From Eledone cirrhosa (Eukaryota): a stretch of DNA of 64,000 nt. Shown in pieces: positions 1 through 11,547 of the stretch (position 1 is its first letter; every line of letters starts with the position of its first letter). The position numbers and the translations under genes are program-made. The DNA is taken from positions 355,632,001 through 355,696,000 of the forward strand of contig OZ024743.1 of assembly GCA_964016885.1 (NCBI GenBank), read 5' to 3'. The notes beneath the pieces were generated by a model. The model saw nothing but the letters and a program-made list of their open reading frames with translations, was not told the origin of the DNA and ran no database searches.

Positions 1-176
1 ATGGGCGACACGTCACTTACGCGTTAATTTCACGAGCAGACTGTTCCATTGTAAGAGCAACAGTAACACTCATCGCTGTGACCGACGGAAGTGCAGTATG
101 CGTGCGTGTCCGTAATTTTTCATTCTTTGGGCTAGGCAAAGCTTAATAGTTAAGAAATCCGCTCGCTTTGCAATCA

Positions 177-245
177 TAATTGTTTCTACTTTTGGCACAA
201 GGCCAGTAATTATCCCAGTGCATTACTGGTACTTTATTTTATCGA
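177..245 (-). mobile_element. Family A SINE 3' fragment (others at 955-1155 +, 5375-5440 -, 47015-47150 -)
   Basis: Partial matches to the SINE 3' half. Confidence 0.7.
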
Positions 246-269
246 ATCATAATGTTCTATCGAATCATA

Positions 270-540
270 ATGTTCTGGTGACATGTGCCTCAGGCCGACC
301 AAGGCCTTGTGAGTGAAATTGAGTAGACGAAAAATGTTTGGGAAACCCATTGAATGGAATGTGCCCGTAATTAAGAGAACCAGGTTTGTCAAACCTGGTC
401 ATGCTAATCTTGCCTAGGAGTTACATTAAGGCTACATGGGCTTGTAGATTACTTAGCCCCTTACATGTTAATTCACGAACAAGCCGTTCCGTTGATCGAA
501 CAACTGTAATATTCGTCGTCGGAATCGACGGATGCCCCCA
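270..540 (+). mobile_element. Second SINE-like family B fragment (related pieces at 1-95, 4195-4330 minus, 29565-29790)
   Basis: Shared core GGCCGACCAAGGCCTTGTGAGTG..GGAA(A/G)CCC. The 29565 copy has a tRNA-like head with GGGTTCAATGCC. Confidence 0.55.
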
Positions 541-761
541 CACACTTATACACATTACACATTATTCTCTTTACTACATTATTTCCGCTTCTTGTCTGAC
601 TTATACTGTAAGATAAAGAAATTATCACTTGGTGTATAATAAATATATGAAGAATTATTCTGTCATATCATCTCAAACGTTGAATCTAGCAAAGTGTCCA
701 TTCATCAAGTCATTTGGATAGAAAATCTGCAAATATATATAAAAATAAATTTCGCCAATCA

Positions 762-807
<46 letters not shown>

Positions 808-1350
808 GTAAATAATCTTCTTTGTCTTCTTCATTCATTTCGTCTTATTGTAGTTCTCTTTTTATCTTCTCCTTCATCATCGTCTTCTCCATCTTATTCT
901 TTCTCTTCTTTATTTTTTCTTCATCCTCCTTCTTTGTAATCGTTCAAACGTCGGACACATAAAATACCAGTCAAGCACTGAGGTCAATATGATCAACTTG
1001 TTCAAGGTAACAACACCCAAATAGCTGGAATTGTCCTTAAATTAAAACCTTTCATCGATAAAATAAAATACCAGTAATGCACTGGGGTCGATTTAGTCGA
1101 CTTTCCCTTTCGCCCAAAATTGTTGGCCTTGTGCCTAAACCAGAAACCATTATCATTATTATTATTCGATTTAGCATGTAAAAAAAAAAAAAAAATTTGA
1201 AAGACATCAATCTCACGAAAATTTGCCAAGGTATAACTTATTCAATTTCTAATTAATTTTCTCTTCTGATAAATGCTAGAAATTAAGAAGGATTGCACGC
1301 ACTCACACACACACACACACACCACATACTCCCCCCCCCCTCATACACAC

Positions 1351-1383
<33 letters not shown>

Positions 1384-2080
1384 CTTATATATATATATAT
1401 AATGCACATTATTAATCGGCAGCGATTTTGAAACAATATATAATGATTCATACTCACTCTTTCTTTTACGTATTTGTTCATATGTGTTTCATATATATGC
1501 GTATGTGTAGATGCGTGTGTATGTGTTAGAAATATTTTTCGTTTTATAGATTTCGTGTTTCGGGTGTTCATTCAAAGAGAAATTTTTATTTTGTTTGGAA
1601 GTTTGTTATTTTTTTTTATATTTTAGCTATGAAATATAAGAGCTAAGCATGACAAATAGAGCAATTATAATTCCGAAATGTGGTCAGCCTATTTGTTTTG
1701 GTAACAATCATAAAACGCTAGAAAGTATGGTTAATTTCAGGATTTCTTCATAATAAATGACTGCATTCTTCGCCTTTTATTTATTTTTCTTTCGTTCTCA
1801 TCTCTTTCCAATCTACATTGATGTAACTATGTGTAGTTTAAAAAAACAACATCATCACAAAATGTTTAACATTGTAAAATGTCTAAAACTATGTTTTATT
1901 TCTAGTTATAACCACAGCGAACATGCGAAAAAAAAATTATTTAAAGTTTGTTTTTTTAATAAAACACAAAACTGAAAATTACACTGAATACTAAAAACGA
2001 AAAAAAAGCGTATTAAATGTCTTACTTATAACTAAACCATTTATTTTTAACTTGAATTAGTGGGCATTTTTTTCTGTGTA

Positions 2081-2166
2081 GGGAATAACGTTGTGATAAG
2101 AAGGAAACCACAGCCTTCCAGGCCAAACTACAAAGGTCGATGGCTGCAGCATAGCGGCTACCATAG
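2081..2166 (+). other. Possible short host exon
   Basis: TTTTTTCTGTGTAG acceptor and AG/GTAAAG donor, with one open frame (NNVVIRRKPQPSRPNYKGRWLQHSGYH). No homology recognised. Confidence 0.2.
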
Positions 2167-2857
2167 GTAAAGTGAAGAAAATCAGAATTTACTGAGAAAT
2201 GGAATTAGTAGAGCAATTAATTTCATTTGAAAAAGAAGATATAGTTGTTCCAGCCTCCCTATGTTTAACTATCACACAAAACTATGAAAATATTTTCTAC
2301 GAGAACCATTTACGTCCACTGACCTTACAATGTAAAGTAAAGATGAAGAGGAATTTAACTGAATGCAAAGTCGGTTCAATGAGAAACAGACTTTTCCGTC
2401 TGCTTAGGCCTATAGTTTTTCTTTAAATTTATTCTCAATATATTTGTATTCTCTATACCACTCTAGCTGTATGTGTGTATGTATGTGTGTGTGTGTATGT
2501 GTATGTGTGTAAGCAAGCAAGGGAGAGCAATCTTAAATCCTGAGCTGATACAAGTCATTTTGAGCAATTTATGACAATGTATTGGGAGTGAACCAAGTCT
2601 ATAAGCCGACTTGGTGGAAGTAATGGACATTAGATCTCCCCCACTGAGCACATTCACTTAGAAAGTCGGCTACATTAGAATTATCATATGCAGAAAGGGG
2701 AAAGAAATTATACACTGATTATATAATGTCATCAAAAAATAGAGGATATATATATGTATGAGCATAAGCCCGACACGTCGAACTTTCTTTCCTCTTTCCA
2801 ATATAAAGAGTGAAACTGATAAGACTTTTTGTACCCCTGCTTGTTGTCTCCTTGAAC

Positions 2858-2902
<45 letters not shown>

Positions 2903-4996
2903 ATGTGTGTGTGTGTTTCTGTGTGGGTGGGTCTTTGAGAGAGAGAATTTCTTTGCATTTCGCTTTTAAAGAGGATTTTGCTGACTAAAGGTCTTTGTCC
3001 ATTGTATCTATATAATCAGTAATGATAGCTGGTCATTGAAATAAAATGCTTTAAATTATATAAACAGGAAAGTCAGTGAAATAACTAGACAGCAATAGAG
3101 GCTACCGATGAAGAACGAAGGAAGACTGAGCCTAAAATACATTATCTACAACCCGAAATAGATCTAAATACAGAATTTAAGACTTTCGGAAAATGCAGGA
3201 ATGCAGTTCATTTTATTTTATGGTTGTGTGTGTGTGTGTGTGTGTGTGTGCGTACAAATCTCTTTCTTGCCTTTCTTTTAGATTCCGTTATCTCTCGTTT
3301 ATTATTTCTCTCTCCTCCCCTCTCTCTCTCTCTCTTTCTCTTTTCTCCTCTTTTTCTTTCTCTCCCTCCTCTTTATCGTTTATATTTATCTTTATTTTTA
3401 TCTATATATTTCATCTTGTATTCTTTCCATTTTTCTGTTTTATTTTCTTTAAATATTGTCCCTGTTTTCATCTTCAATTACTCATTTATTAACGATTTAT
3501 TTTTAATATTTTGAAAACTAGATTAAAAATTGTTGATTTAAAAAAAAACAGTAGTCTAGTTATTACCAAAGCAAAAGAGGAAATAGTGAATAAGATCTTG
3601 AAGCACCATGTTTTTTGTGTCTTGATAACCTTTAAAGCCGCGTCTAAATTCTAAGAAAAATTCCCTCCATACTTTCCAACAGTCTCAGTTGCCCTAAATG
3701 ATCATGTGCGCATCAATTCCTCCGCTAAATCATGCTGGGTGCATACATATATTGTCTGTATCTTGAGTAAATGTATTTTCTTTCATTTATTCGTGTGCGA
3801 TCTGTGTGTGTGTATCTGTCTGTGTGTGTGTAGCAATGGCGATATATTCCCCCCTCCGGTCGAATACAGTTATAAATTGAGGACGGAGGACAATGAAAGC
3901 AACAGAAACTGTAAAAGCGGAGCATAACTGGCAAGCGGAAACACCCAATTCATCAGCTATCCGCGAGGAGTCAGCAGAAAAGTGCATATGGATAGTATTG
4001 CTCACCTCAGTGCACCAATAGCCTTCAGAAATCATCCTCTTGGGATTGAAGTAAAAAACGAAACAACAAAACGCGATACATGCCAGAGTCTTTCGACCAA
4101 AGTGACCCTGGAGTTGAGACTAATTACATTGTAACAAGAATAACAGAAAGCTTCTTCAACTGAAACTAAATACTCGGAAAACAAGACGAAACATAACTAT
4201 GCGTAAAAATATCACTCACAAAGTATTGGTCAACCCGTGGATACTGAAGAAGACATTGACTAAGGTGCAACAAAATGGGACTGAATCCGAAACCACTTGG
4301 TTGCAAAGCGAACTCCTTAAACATACAGCAATAATTGATGTGACACGAAAAATTGTTCTTTAGCAACCAGCTATGCAGAGGTATATGTCTATAATCGCTG
4401 TCCAATATTACAAGATATCACAACTTGTTTCTACGTGTGGACATGAAAATGAACAAAATAGAAAAGTTAGAGATTACCAAATGATAAATGGATATGAATG
4501 TTGCGGGGGGGGGGGGGGGGGGCATAAGGAGAGATAACTCTGTCGTTACATATTACAACTAGGCGTCAGAGGAAGCTTTCAAACTAGACGGTTTGTGATG
4601 TATGGAGTACCTTAGATTTGGTTTTCACTTTCCTGCTTCCTTCCCTCCTTAATTCTAAGGTATGACTGGATGAATATTTTTCATCCCTTACTCCGCCACA
4701 CAAGCTATGACTTTAAATGTAAGGTGTCGAAGACAAAACGTAATGAAAAAGATTTTTGAAATAAAAAAAAAAGGAAAAAGAACGAAGGATAAATACACGT
4801 ACGCTAGAGACGAGATGTTTCCGGGAAAACAAGGTTTTGCAGGTGTTGCTTGCTACTCAATCATAACAACCGTAAATAAACTACTATCTTCCGAATGATG
4901 AGTAGCGGGTAGCTTTCTCTTGCCATTGCAACACAGAACACGGAGCCTGAAGCGACTCTTCCCTACATTTTAAAAAGAAATATGACGTGGGCGGCA

Positions 4997-5121
4997 ATGA
5001 TTGCTATGACGACGACAACTATGATGACGATAACGATGATGATGGTGGTAATGATGATGATGATGAAGATGAAGATGAAGATGATGATGATAATGATGAT
5101 GATGATGAAGATGAAGGTGAA

Positions 5122-5154
<33 letters not shown>

Positions 5155-5380
5155 AATGAAGATGCTGATGAAGATGAAGATGATGATGATGATGGTGTTG
5201 AAGATGATAATAATGATGATGACGACGATGATGATGATGATGATCATGATGATGACAATGATAATCATGATGATGATGATGCTGATGGTGATGATGATGA
5301 CAATGATAATGATGATAAGATTGATGATAACAATGATGTTGATTATGATTAATATGATAACAATAATCATAATAATAATT
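4997..5380. repeat. Imperfect (GAT)n microsatellite
   Basis: Directly visible. Confidence 0.95.
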
Positions 5381-5448
5381 GTCTCTACTTTAGGCACAAG
5401 GCCACCAATTACCCAGTACATTATTGGTACTTTATTTTAATAATAATC

Positions 5449-5485
<37 letters not shown>

Positions 5486-5745
5486 TTTCTTTATTAACCA
5501 CAAGGGTTTACATAAAGTAGACATTAAGGACAGTGCAGGACAATGCAGGACGGTACAAATGGGCATTTCTGCGTGTAAAAAAACAAAAACAGAGGATGTA
5601 ACAAAAATAACAATGAAAATAACAATGAAAAATTCCCCAATAGGGGGGAGACTTCGGAGGGACATTTGTGGAGAAAGCCCAGTAAAAAGCCACAATGACC
5701 CTGACCACCAAGGCAAGTGCCCTCTCCCAGTTTTCCACCTTTAGT

Positions 5746-8700
5746 TTACAGATATATACTCAGAGTCGGCCCATTCACTCGGGCCATTCTTGCTTCTCTC
5801 ACCCATCTTTCAACAAAATGCTGGGAAGAGAGCACTTCCTTCTCTACTCTGATTTTCCTTTTCAAATGAAATTTGAAAAAGTCAATCAGAGCATCACCGA
5901 AGAGGTAAGTGCTCGTCTTCAGCCCTTTCAAACGTGTCCACCATACTATCTCTTTCGCCATGGCCACCAGACAGATAAAAACTGCCTGCCCTTCCCGGCT
6001 AAAGGAGGAGGGCGGGGCAATCCTCACGATAGACTCAGATGATAGCTGGATCCGTCCTAAACGCGACAGCAGGTGTTCGACATAAACCCACAAGTCAGCA
6101 ATTTTCGGACACTGGACGAGTGCGTGCAGGACGGTTTCGTCGCCCTGCGCGCATCTCGGACATGCCCGGCTGACGGCACCTCCATGCCTGTAGAGTTTAT
6201 CCCGAACTGGCAAGGCTCCTCGGTAGCACTGCCAGGCCAGAGATTTCTGGAAGTTGTCCATAGGCCCTGGCCCGAAAGTTCTTCCGAAGAGATTGGCTAG
6301 TTGATTTTCGTCGACGCCTAGAGTTTCCCCAAGTACGTCGTCGCTCTTCCCCTCCACTAATCCTCTATAGAACGCCGAGGTGGAGTTTCCACCGATCACA
6401 TTGCCCGATTGGTCGAGGGCTGTGAGCGCCTGAAGACATTCCAGTCTCCAGGCGCTCCCTCTCGGTCTTCGCTTGACCCAGGACTGCAGCTCCGTCAAGG
6501 AAACGAGCTGGGGAAAAACGCGTCTAGCAAACGGCGACCACACCTGATCACCGTCGAGGAAGAGGTGGAGATGTCGTAGCCTGAGCGCGTGCCTGCGCAT
6601 CATCAGCCACGGCATGCCCAGCCCTCCACGTAGCGGGTGTTGACAACAGATGGACCGCCTGACCATCGGAGCACGTCCCTTCCACAAAAAGCGAAAGAGC
6701 AAACGCTCCAGCGCAGTCAGGCGAGGCTTAGGACAAGGTACGACGGTTAGGCGGTAGCAGATGACAGACGCGATGTACGCGTTAGCCACCTCCGCTCGAC
6801 CTTTCAGGGATAGCTTCCTCTCGGCCCATTTCTGGGTGAGAGAAGCCACCCTGCTTGTCACCTCGTCCCAGTTTTTGTCCGTCTGGAGGTCCGGACCGAA
6901 CCAGACCCCTAGCAATTTAACCGGTCCGTCCGTCCAGCGTCCGACGACGCTGTTGGACGGCATGGACCTGCCTCTCCAGGTGCCGAGCTGCAGGCCCACT
7001 GACTTTTCCTGGTTGATCATTGCTCCTGTCACCGCTTCGTATTCTCTTAGTGTAGTGCCGATCGCCTCGATGTGTTTGGCGTTCGACACCACTACGGTGA
7101 CATCGTCCGCATATGCTGATACGGATCTTCCGCATCCTAGTTCGCGCGGGACGCCCCTCAACGTCTCCAGTTTGTGCAGTAATGGCTCGAGAGTCAATAC
7201 GTACAAGAGGGACGAGAGGGGACATCCTTGGCGGACCGAGCGCATGATGTTGAACGGTTCCGACAGGTGACCGTTCACTCTCACCACAGAGCAGATGTCG
7301 CTGTGCATGGCAGCGATCCAGCCTCTGAAGACGGGCCCAAAGCCAGCCGCCCTCAGGACTGCCGCTAGGTAACGATGGTCGACCCTATCGAAAGCTTTCG
7401 ACTGATCTAAATTGATCAAGGACCCACCCGTGCCAGGTTCCCTAGCTACCCTCTCTACGATGTATCGCATGAGGTGGAGGTTGTCGTGGATGGATCTGTC
7501 GGGAATGGCGCATGTCTGCGCCTCTCCCACCAGACCACCAACGACAAGCGCCAACCTCTTTGCTAGCACCTTGGCCAAAATCTTAAACTCTGTGTTTAGC
7601 AGAGTTATGGGCCGGAAATTTTCTATGTTATCCCCCTTGTTCGGATCCTTTCTCAGCAGTGCCACCGCTCCTCGGCTCACAGAACTGGGAATTCTCCCGT
7701 TCTGTTGCCAGTTGCAGTAGACGTCCGCCAAGAGGCCTCCGAACAAGTCTGGCATCTGTACGTAAAGTTCATAGGGCAGACCATCCAAACCAGGCGATTT
7801 ACCCCTTGTGCAGCCAGTCATTGCCTCCCTTACTTCAGCGGCTGTTATCGGCTTTTCGCAACACTTCGCCTCAGTGGCCGAGAGCCGCGGCAGTCCGTCG
7901 AGGTAGACACTAAAGTCCATCCCTCTACCCGGCCCACCGCTGCCCCCGAACAGCTGAGCGAAGTGTCGCTGAAAAGCTTCACACATTTGCCCGGGATCGA
8001 GTAGCATGCGCCCGTCGTGGTCCACCAAAGACCGGATCGTGGCTTTGTTGCCACGACGCGCCTCCGCCACTCGGGCCCATTGAACGGCTTTCGTCCCCTC
8101 GTGTCTGAGAGCACGCACCCTTGCTCTGACAACGCAGCCTTCGTGCTTTGCATTGAAGAATTGGTCAAGGGCTAATTTCGCCGCAAGCACGTCGGTCGCA
8201 ATGCCTTTGCTAAGCGCCTCGTCTAATTTTCTAACTAGTTCTCCCTCTGCTCTATTTTTCTCTATTGCTAAAGCCTTACTAAATCTAATCGATTCTATTC
8301 TAATCGCTCTTTTCAGAGCAAACCACCACTTGTTGTTGACGATGGCCCCCGTCAACGCCCGCTTAACTAGTTCGCTAATCCGGTCTCTGTAGGCCTTGCG
8401 CGCTGGTAAGGACGCGTTTAGCTTCCAGTAGCCGGGTCCTCGTCTATGAAGCCTATCTAAGTCAAGCACACAGATCACGAATTTGTGGTCCGTGTAGCTG
8501 ACTATCTTGAATTGTGGACAGCCTATGCTAGACCTATCTATTTCCCTACAAAATACTCTATCTAGATATGATCTGGATGACCCTATGCGGTTTGTCCAAG
8601 TCCACATTGGCACATTCGGGAAATCCAATCGGTACCTGTCAGACAGTTCAAAACGCCTGAGCAGGTTGGTGAGGCTCTTGCACCCTCCACCCCTATCCGC

Positions 8701-9165
8701 TAATCCCACACAGTCCCAGCGTGCATCTAAGATCCCGTTCCAGTCGCCCACTAACACTAAAGAGCGGGACGTTCCAAGAAAGGTCTCCAGACGCCGGAAG
8801 AAATCAGGCCGCCCTGCTCCTGTCGGGGCATAGACGGCCACTAGCCTGAAAGCTTGCCCGTCTCCGCTGGTCACGTCCAGCACCACCAGCTTACCCTCTG
8901 GGTCCAGGAAGATGGCCCGTGTGGCGAGATCCAAACCTCTCCGAAAAAGCACAGCAACTCCTCCACCGGATCCAGGACGGCTGGGAGATGCGTACACATC
9001 GTAGCCGCCGAAGATCGGTGCGAAGGCCCGTGCTTCGGAGATTCTGGTCTCGCTGATGGCCACTACATCTATGTTTAGTGACCTGAGGTCGTTGAGCAGG
9101 TGACCCTGCTTCCATGACGACCCCAAGCCACGCGCATTTATGCTGCCTATTCTGAGTGAGGTCAT
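5746..9165 (-). CDS. ORF2: APE-type endonuclease + reverse transcriptase + C-terminal CCHC (zf-RVT), Tx1/L1 clade, 1139 aa
   Basis: EN motifs SINARGL, ISET, LVGDWN, YLDRVF, TDH. RT motifs KSPGLDG, FRPITLLNTEFKI, LDQSKAFDRV, VRQGCPLS, AYADD. LSLKGRAEVAN and CPRC..ETVLHALVQC are typical of Tx1-like ORF2. No stops. Confidence 0.95.
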   Translation of the reverse strand: MTSLRIGSINARGLGSSWKQGHLLNDLRSLNIDVVAISETRISEARAFAPIFGGYDVYASPSRPGSGGGVAVLFRRGLDLATRAIFLDPEGKLVVLDVTSGDGQAFRLVAVYAPTGAGRPDFFRRLETFLGTSRSLVLVGDWNGILDARWDCVGLADRGGGCKSLTNLLRRFELSDRYRLDFPNVPMWTWTNRIGSSRSYLDRVFCREIDRSSIGCPQFKIVSYTDHKFVICVLDLDRLHRRGPGYWKLNASLPARKAYRDRISELVKRALTGAIVNNKWWFALKRAIRIESIRFSKALAIEKNRAEGELVRKLDEALSKGIATDVLAAKLALDQFFNAKHEGCVVRARVRALRHEGTKAVQWARVAEARRGNKATIRSLVDHDGRMLLDPGQMCEAFQRHFAQLFGGSGGPGRGMDFSVYLDGLPRLSATEAKCCEKPITAAEVREAMTGCTRGKSPGLDGLPYELYVQMPDLFGGLLADVYCNWQQNGRIPSSVSRGAVALLRKDPNKGDNIENFRPITLLNTEFKILAKVLAKRLALVVGGLVGEAQTCAIPDRSIHDNLHLMRYIVERVAREPGTGGSLINLDQSKAFDRVDHRYLAAVLRAAGFGPVFRGWIAAMHSDICSVVRVNGHLSEPFNIMRSVRQGCPLSSLLYVLTLEPLLHKLETLRGVPRELGCGRSVSAYADDVTVVVSNAKHIEAIGTTLREYEAVTGAMINQEKSVGLQLGTWRGRSMPSNSVVGRWTDGPVKLLGVWFGPDLQTDKNWDEVTSRVASLTQKWAERKLSLKGRAEVANAYIASVICYRLTVVPCPKPRLTALERLLFRFLWKGRAPMVRRSICCQHPLRGGLGMPWLMMRRHALRLRHLHLFLDGDQVWSPFARRVFPQLVSLTELQSWVKRRPRGSAWRLECLQALTALDQSGNVIGGNSTSAFYRGLVEGKSDDVLGETLGVDENQLANLFGRTFGPGPMDNFQKSLAWQCYRGALPVRDKLYRHGGAVSRACPRCAQGDETVLHALVQCPKIADLWVYVEHLLSRLGRIQLSSESIVRIAPPSSFSREGQAVFICLVAMAKEIVWWTRLKGLKTSTYLFGDALIDFFKFHLKRKIRVEKEVLSSQHFVERWVREARMARVNGPTLSIYL

Positions 9166-9200
9166 GTTTAAAATAGAGTGGAAAAGATGGGAAAGACCAC

Positions 9201-11297
9201 TTACCGTACTTTTGGTAGAGGAGGGATGGTTTTTACATCCCTTTTCACTTGATCGTCTGGTGAAGGGACCGTTGAATCGTCCCTTCGGCTGGTCATCGGC
9301 TCTTCTAAGAGAATGTCTGAGTATACTCTTCGATTGATGGTTCCTCCTAGGTCCCTGAAATCACCAACTGCGTTGGGGAATTTCGTTTTAATGTTTGTGT
9401 ATTGTTTCTGTGCTATTTTTAGCAGTCTTATGTTAGTTGGCGTTTTGATTGGTGCTGGTATTATGTAGTCCTGTTGTGAAATGTCTGTGTGTTCAATTAT
9501 GTAAGTCATTAGTTTCTTGTTGTGTGTATTTATTGCCGTGCATTTGTTTTTCTGGGGGTGGGGTGTGGTTCTGCTATTTTCTTGTCGTTGTTGCTGGGTG
9601 TGTGTGTTTTGTTGTTGTGTTTGCGATGTTGGTGCTTGTGGTGGTGGTGTTGAAGGTGTTGTTGGCGGTGGGGTTGTCGCCGGTGGTGATGGTGGCGCTA
9701 GTGTGGGTGGTGATGGTGTTGGTGTTGTTGCTGCTGTGGGTCTCTTTGCAGTAGACTTTACCCTTTTCTCATTTCTTTCCTCCCTTTTCAAAGGCGACGA
9801 TGCGCTGCTTCTGCGTTTGTGCCTTCTTGCGACCTTTTGCCATCCCTCTCCCACCTCACACTCCATGTCTGATTCTGTGAGGTCGGGGAGGGGTACCAGC
9901 TCCACTCTTTCACTTGTTGTTGTTGGTGATGTTTGCACTGGAGTCTCTGTTGCAGCTGCATTTGGTATTGCTGTTGTTGTTGTTAATATTTCCACTGCTG
10001 CTGCTGTTTTTGATTTCCGTGGCGTGGGTATGGGTGCCACGGACCTATCGTTCCTGGTTGCCGCTTGTCCTGTTGCTGGTAGCCGTGGAGCCGGATTCGG
10101 AAGGAGGGGGGTTTTCTCCTTTCTCAGGGTCTTCTCGTTGCAGAAGGCCCTGAGGTGAGTCTTCGATCCACAGCGAAAGCATTTCGGGCGTTTGCCCTCA
10201 ACACTTATGGGCAGTTGAGTGCCGTTATCGAAGTCTATCACATCCGGGATAGCTTCGATGCACTCCTGGTTGGTTTGGATTAGCATCTCAATGGAGGAGC
10301 CGACCCAATCTTCTCTTACTTTTTTCTGTACTTGCAGTACAGTTGTTTTGTCCTCGATTCCGATTAGGACAGACGCGGCCAGCCAAGAAGGGGTCATTCC
10401 GGGGGGGACGTGGGTCAGTTTGACCCTCACAATTTTTTGCCCGCAGTAGGAGGGCACCAACACCATTTCCTCGCTCCTTAGGGTCACTACTGATTGGGCC
10501 TTTGCCTCCTGGGGTGTGGCAAAAAGTACGTCTACGGTGGCGTATTTTTTGCCTCGGGTGATGTGCGTTTTCCGCTGCCACACAGACCCCAAGGCTTTTT
10601 GTATTTGGGCCTCTGTGGCTCTTTCCACCCTACGGGATTTTGTACTTACTGTACGGTACGTGACCGTACAGTGCTCTTGGGTTTCGAAAAAATTTTTCGC
10701 TGCCTTGCAGATTGCTCGGTGTCCGTTCTTTGTCACCATCTTCTTCGCTTCCTCTAATTCCTCATTTGTTATGAGGATTGTTTCCAAGTTTTTCGCAATA
10801 CCTGCAAATGAGATTGGTTTTTCTCTGCTGTTGTTGTTGTCGTCAGAGCTGCTGGTACTTTTGTTGTTGCTGCAGGTACTACGACTACTACCTCCGCCGC
10901 TGTTGCTGTGGTTGTTGTTGGTGTTGCTGCTGCTAATGCTGTTGTTGTTTATGCTGCTGGTGATGCTGTTGCGGCTGCTACTGTTGTTTTCATTGTCACT
11001 GTTGCTGTTGTTATTACGGCTGCTACTGCTATTATTCCTGACGTCAGACGAATGAACTGGGTTTTCGTATTTCCCGCACACCTGTTTCGTCGCTGTCGTC
11101 GTCGTCGTGGAGAAACCTTGCACGCTTTGCACGAGACTTTTCTTTTCTTTCGTCACTTGCGAAAGAGAAGGGAGGGAGAGAGACACATTTAAAGAAGGGA
11201 GGGAGAGAGACAATCTTCTCTCTGCTGTAGTGATGATTGAGGAAGAAGAAGACGGAATGAGTGGGAGTGACGTATGAAATTTCTTTTTCGTAGCCAT
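9201..11297 (-). CDS. ORF1: gag-like nucleic-acid-binding protein with zinc knuckle, 698 aa
   Basis: ATG start, single CX2CX4HX4C knuckle (CFRCGSKTHLRAFC), basic GWQKVARRHKRR segment, S/N- and P/T-rich low-complexity tracts. Lies directly upstream of ORF2. Confidence 0.88.
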   Translation of the reverse strand: MATKKKFHTSLPLIPSSSSSIITTAERRLSLSLPSLNVSLSLPSLSQVTKEKKSLVQSVQGFSTTTTTATKQVCGKYENPVHSSDVRNNSSSSRNNNSNSDNENNSSSRNSITSSINNNSISSSNTNNNHSNSGGGSSRSTCSNNKSTSSSDDNNNSREKPISFAGIAKNLETILITNEELEEAKKMVTKNGHRAICKAAKNFFETQEHCTVTYRTVSTKSRRVERATEAQIQKALGSVWQRKTHITRGKKYATVDVLFATPQEAKAQSVVTLRSEEMVLVPSYCGQKIVRVKLTHVPPGMTPSWLAASVLIGIEDKTTVLQVQKKVREDWVGSSIEMLIQTNQECIEAIPDVIDFDNGTQLPISVEGKRPKCFRCGSKTHLRAFCNEKTLRKEKTPLLPNPAPRLPATGQAATRNDRSVAPIPTPRKSKTAAAVEILTTTTAIPNAAATETPVQTSPTTTSERVELVPLPDLTESDMECEVGEGWQKVARRHKRRSSASSPLKREERNEKRVKSTAKRPTAATTPTPSPPTLAPPSPPATTPPPTTPSTPPPQAPTSQTQQQNTHTQQQRQENSRTTPHPQKNKCTAINTHNKKLMTYIIEHTDISQQDYIIPAPIKTPTNIRLLKIAQKQYTNIKTKFPNAVGDFRDLGGTINRRVYSDILLEEPMTSRRDDSTVPSPDDQVKRDVKTIPPLPKVR

Positions 11298-11512
11298 GTT
11301 GTTTTTTGTTTAAAATGAAATTTTGGGTACAAAACCCCAATAACTGGTTATTTAACCCCGAAGGGCCAAATAACGGACAGAAAGACCCCTCTCACGAGGA
11401 GGAGGGTGTCTTTATCAACAATTTGGTTCAAGTTTTAAACAATTTACAATTGTTTTAACGGTTAAAAATTACTATACTTTACAGAGCCGAGCCTCCGTCA
11501 ACCATGGCATTC

Positions 11513-11545
<33 letters not shown>

Positions 11546-11547
<2 letters not shown>

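Larger units (their letters stand above)
5482..11512 (-). mobile_element. Full-length Tx1/L1-clade non-LTR retrotransposon (copy 1), apparently intact
   Basis: 5' UTR ~11298-11512, ORF1, 35-nt spacer, ORF2, and a 3' UTR ending GGTTAATAAAGAAATC followed by (ATT)n. (AAT)n tracts lie on both sides (5439-5483 and 11513-11545). The element is markedly GC-rich against the AT-rich flanks. Confidence 0.93.

Noticed and set aside
3700-4120. Possible host exon or UTR in non-repetitive sequence
   Set aside because: No convincing reading frame, splice pair or homology was recognised.
4895-4960. ATGATGA...CTGA resembling C/D-box or U3 snoRNA motifs
   Set aside because: The span is only ~55 nt, there is no convincing terminal stem, and no U3 5' domain is present.
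4963-5440. Poly-Asp/Met/Ile ORFs, and similar poly-Ser/Val/YI/CV ORFs across the window
   Set aside because: They are translations of microsatellites that are open in several frames, with no domain or splice support.
6073-11192. Plus-strand ORFs overlapping the Tx1 element, and antisense ORFs in the PLEs
   Set aside because: They are shadow ORFs of GC-rich or low-complexity coding sequence with no recognisable motifs.
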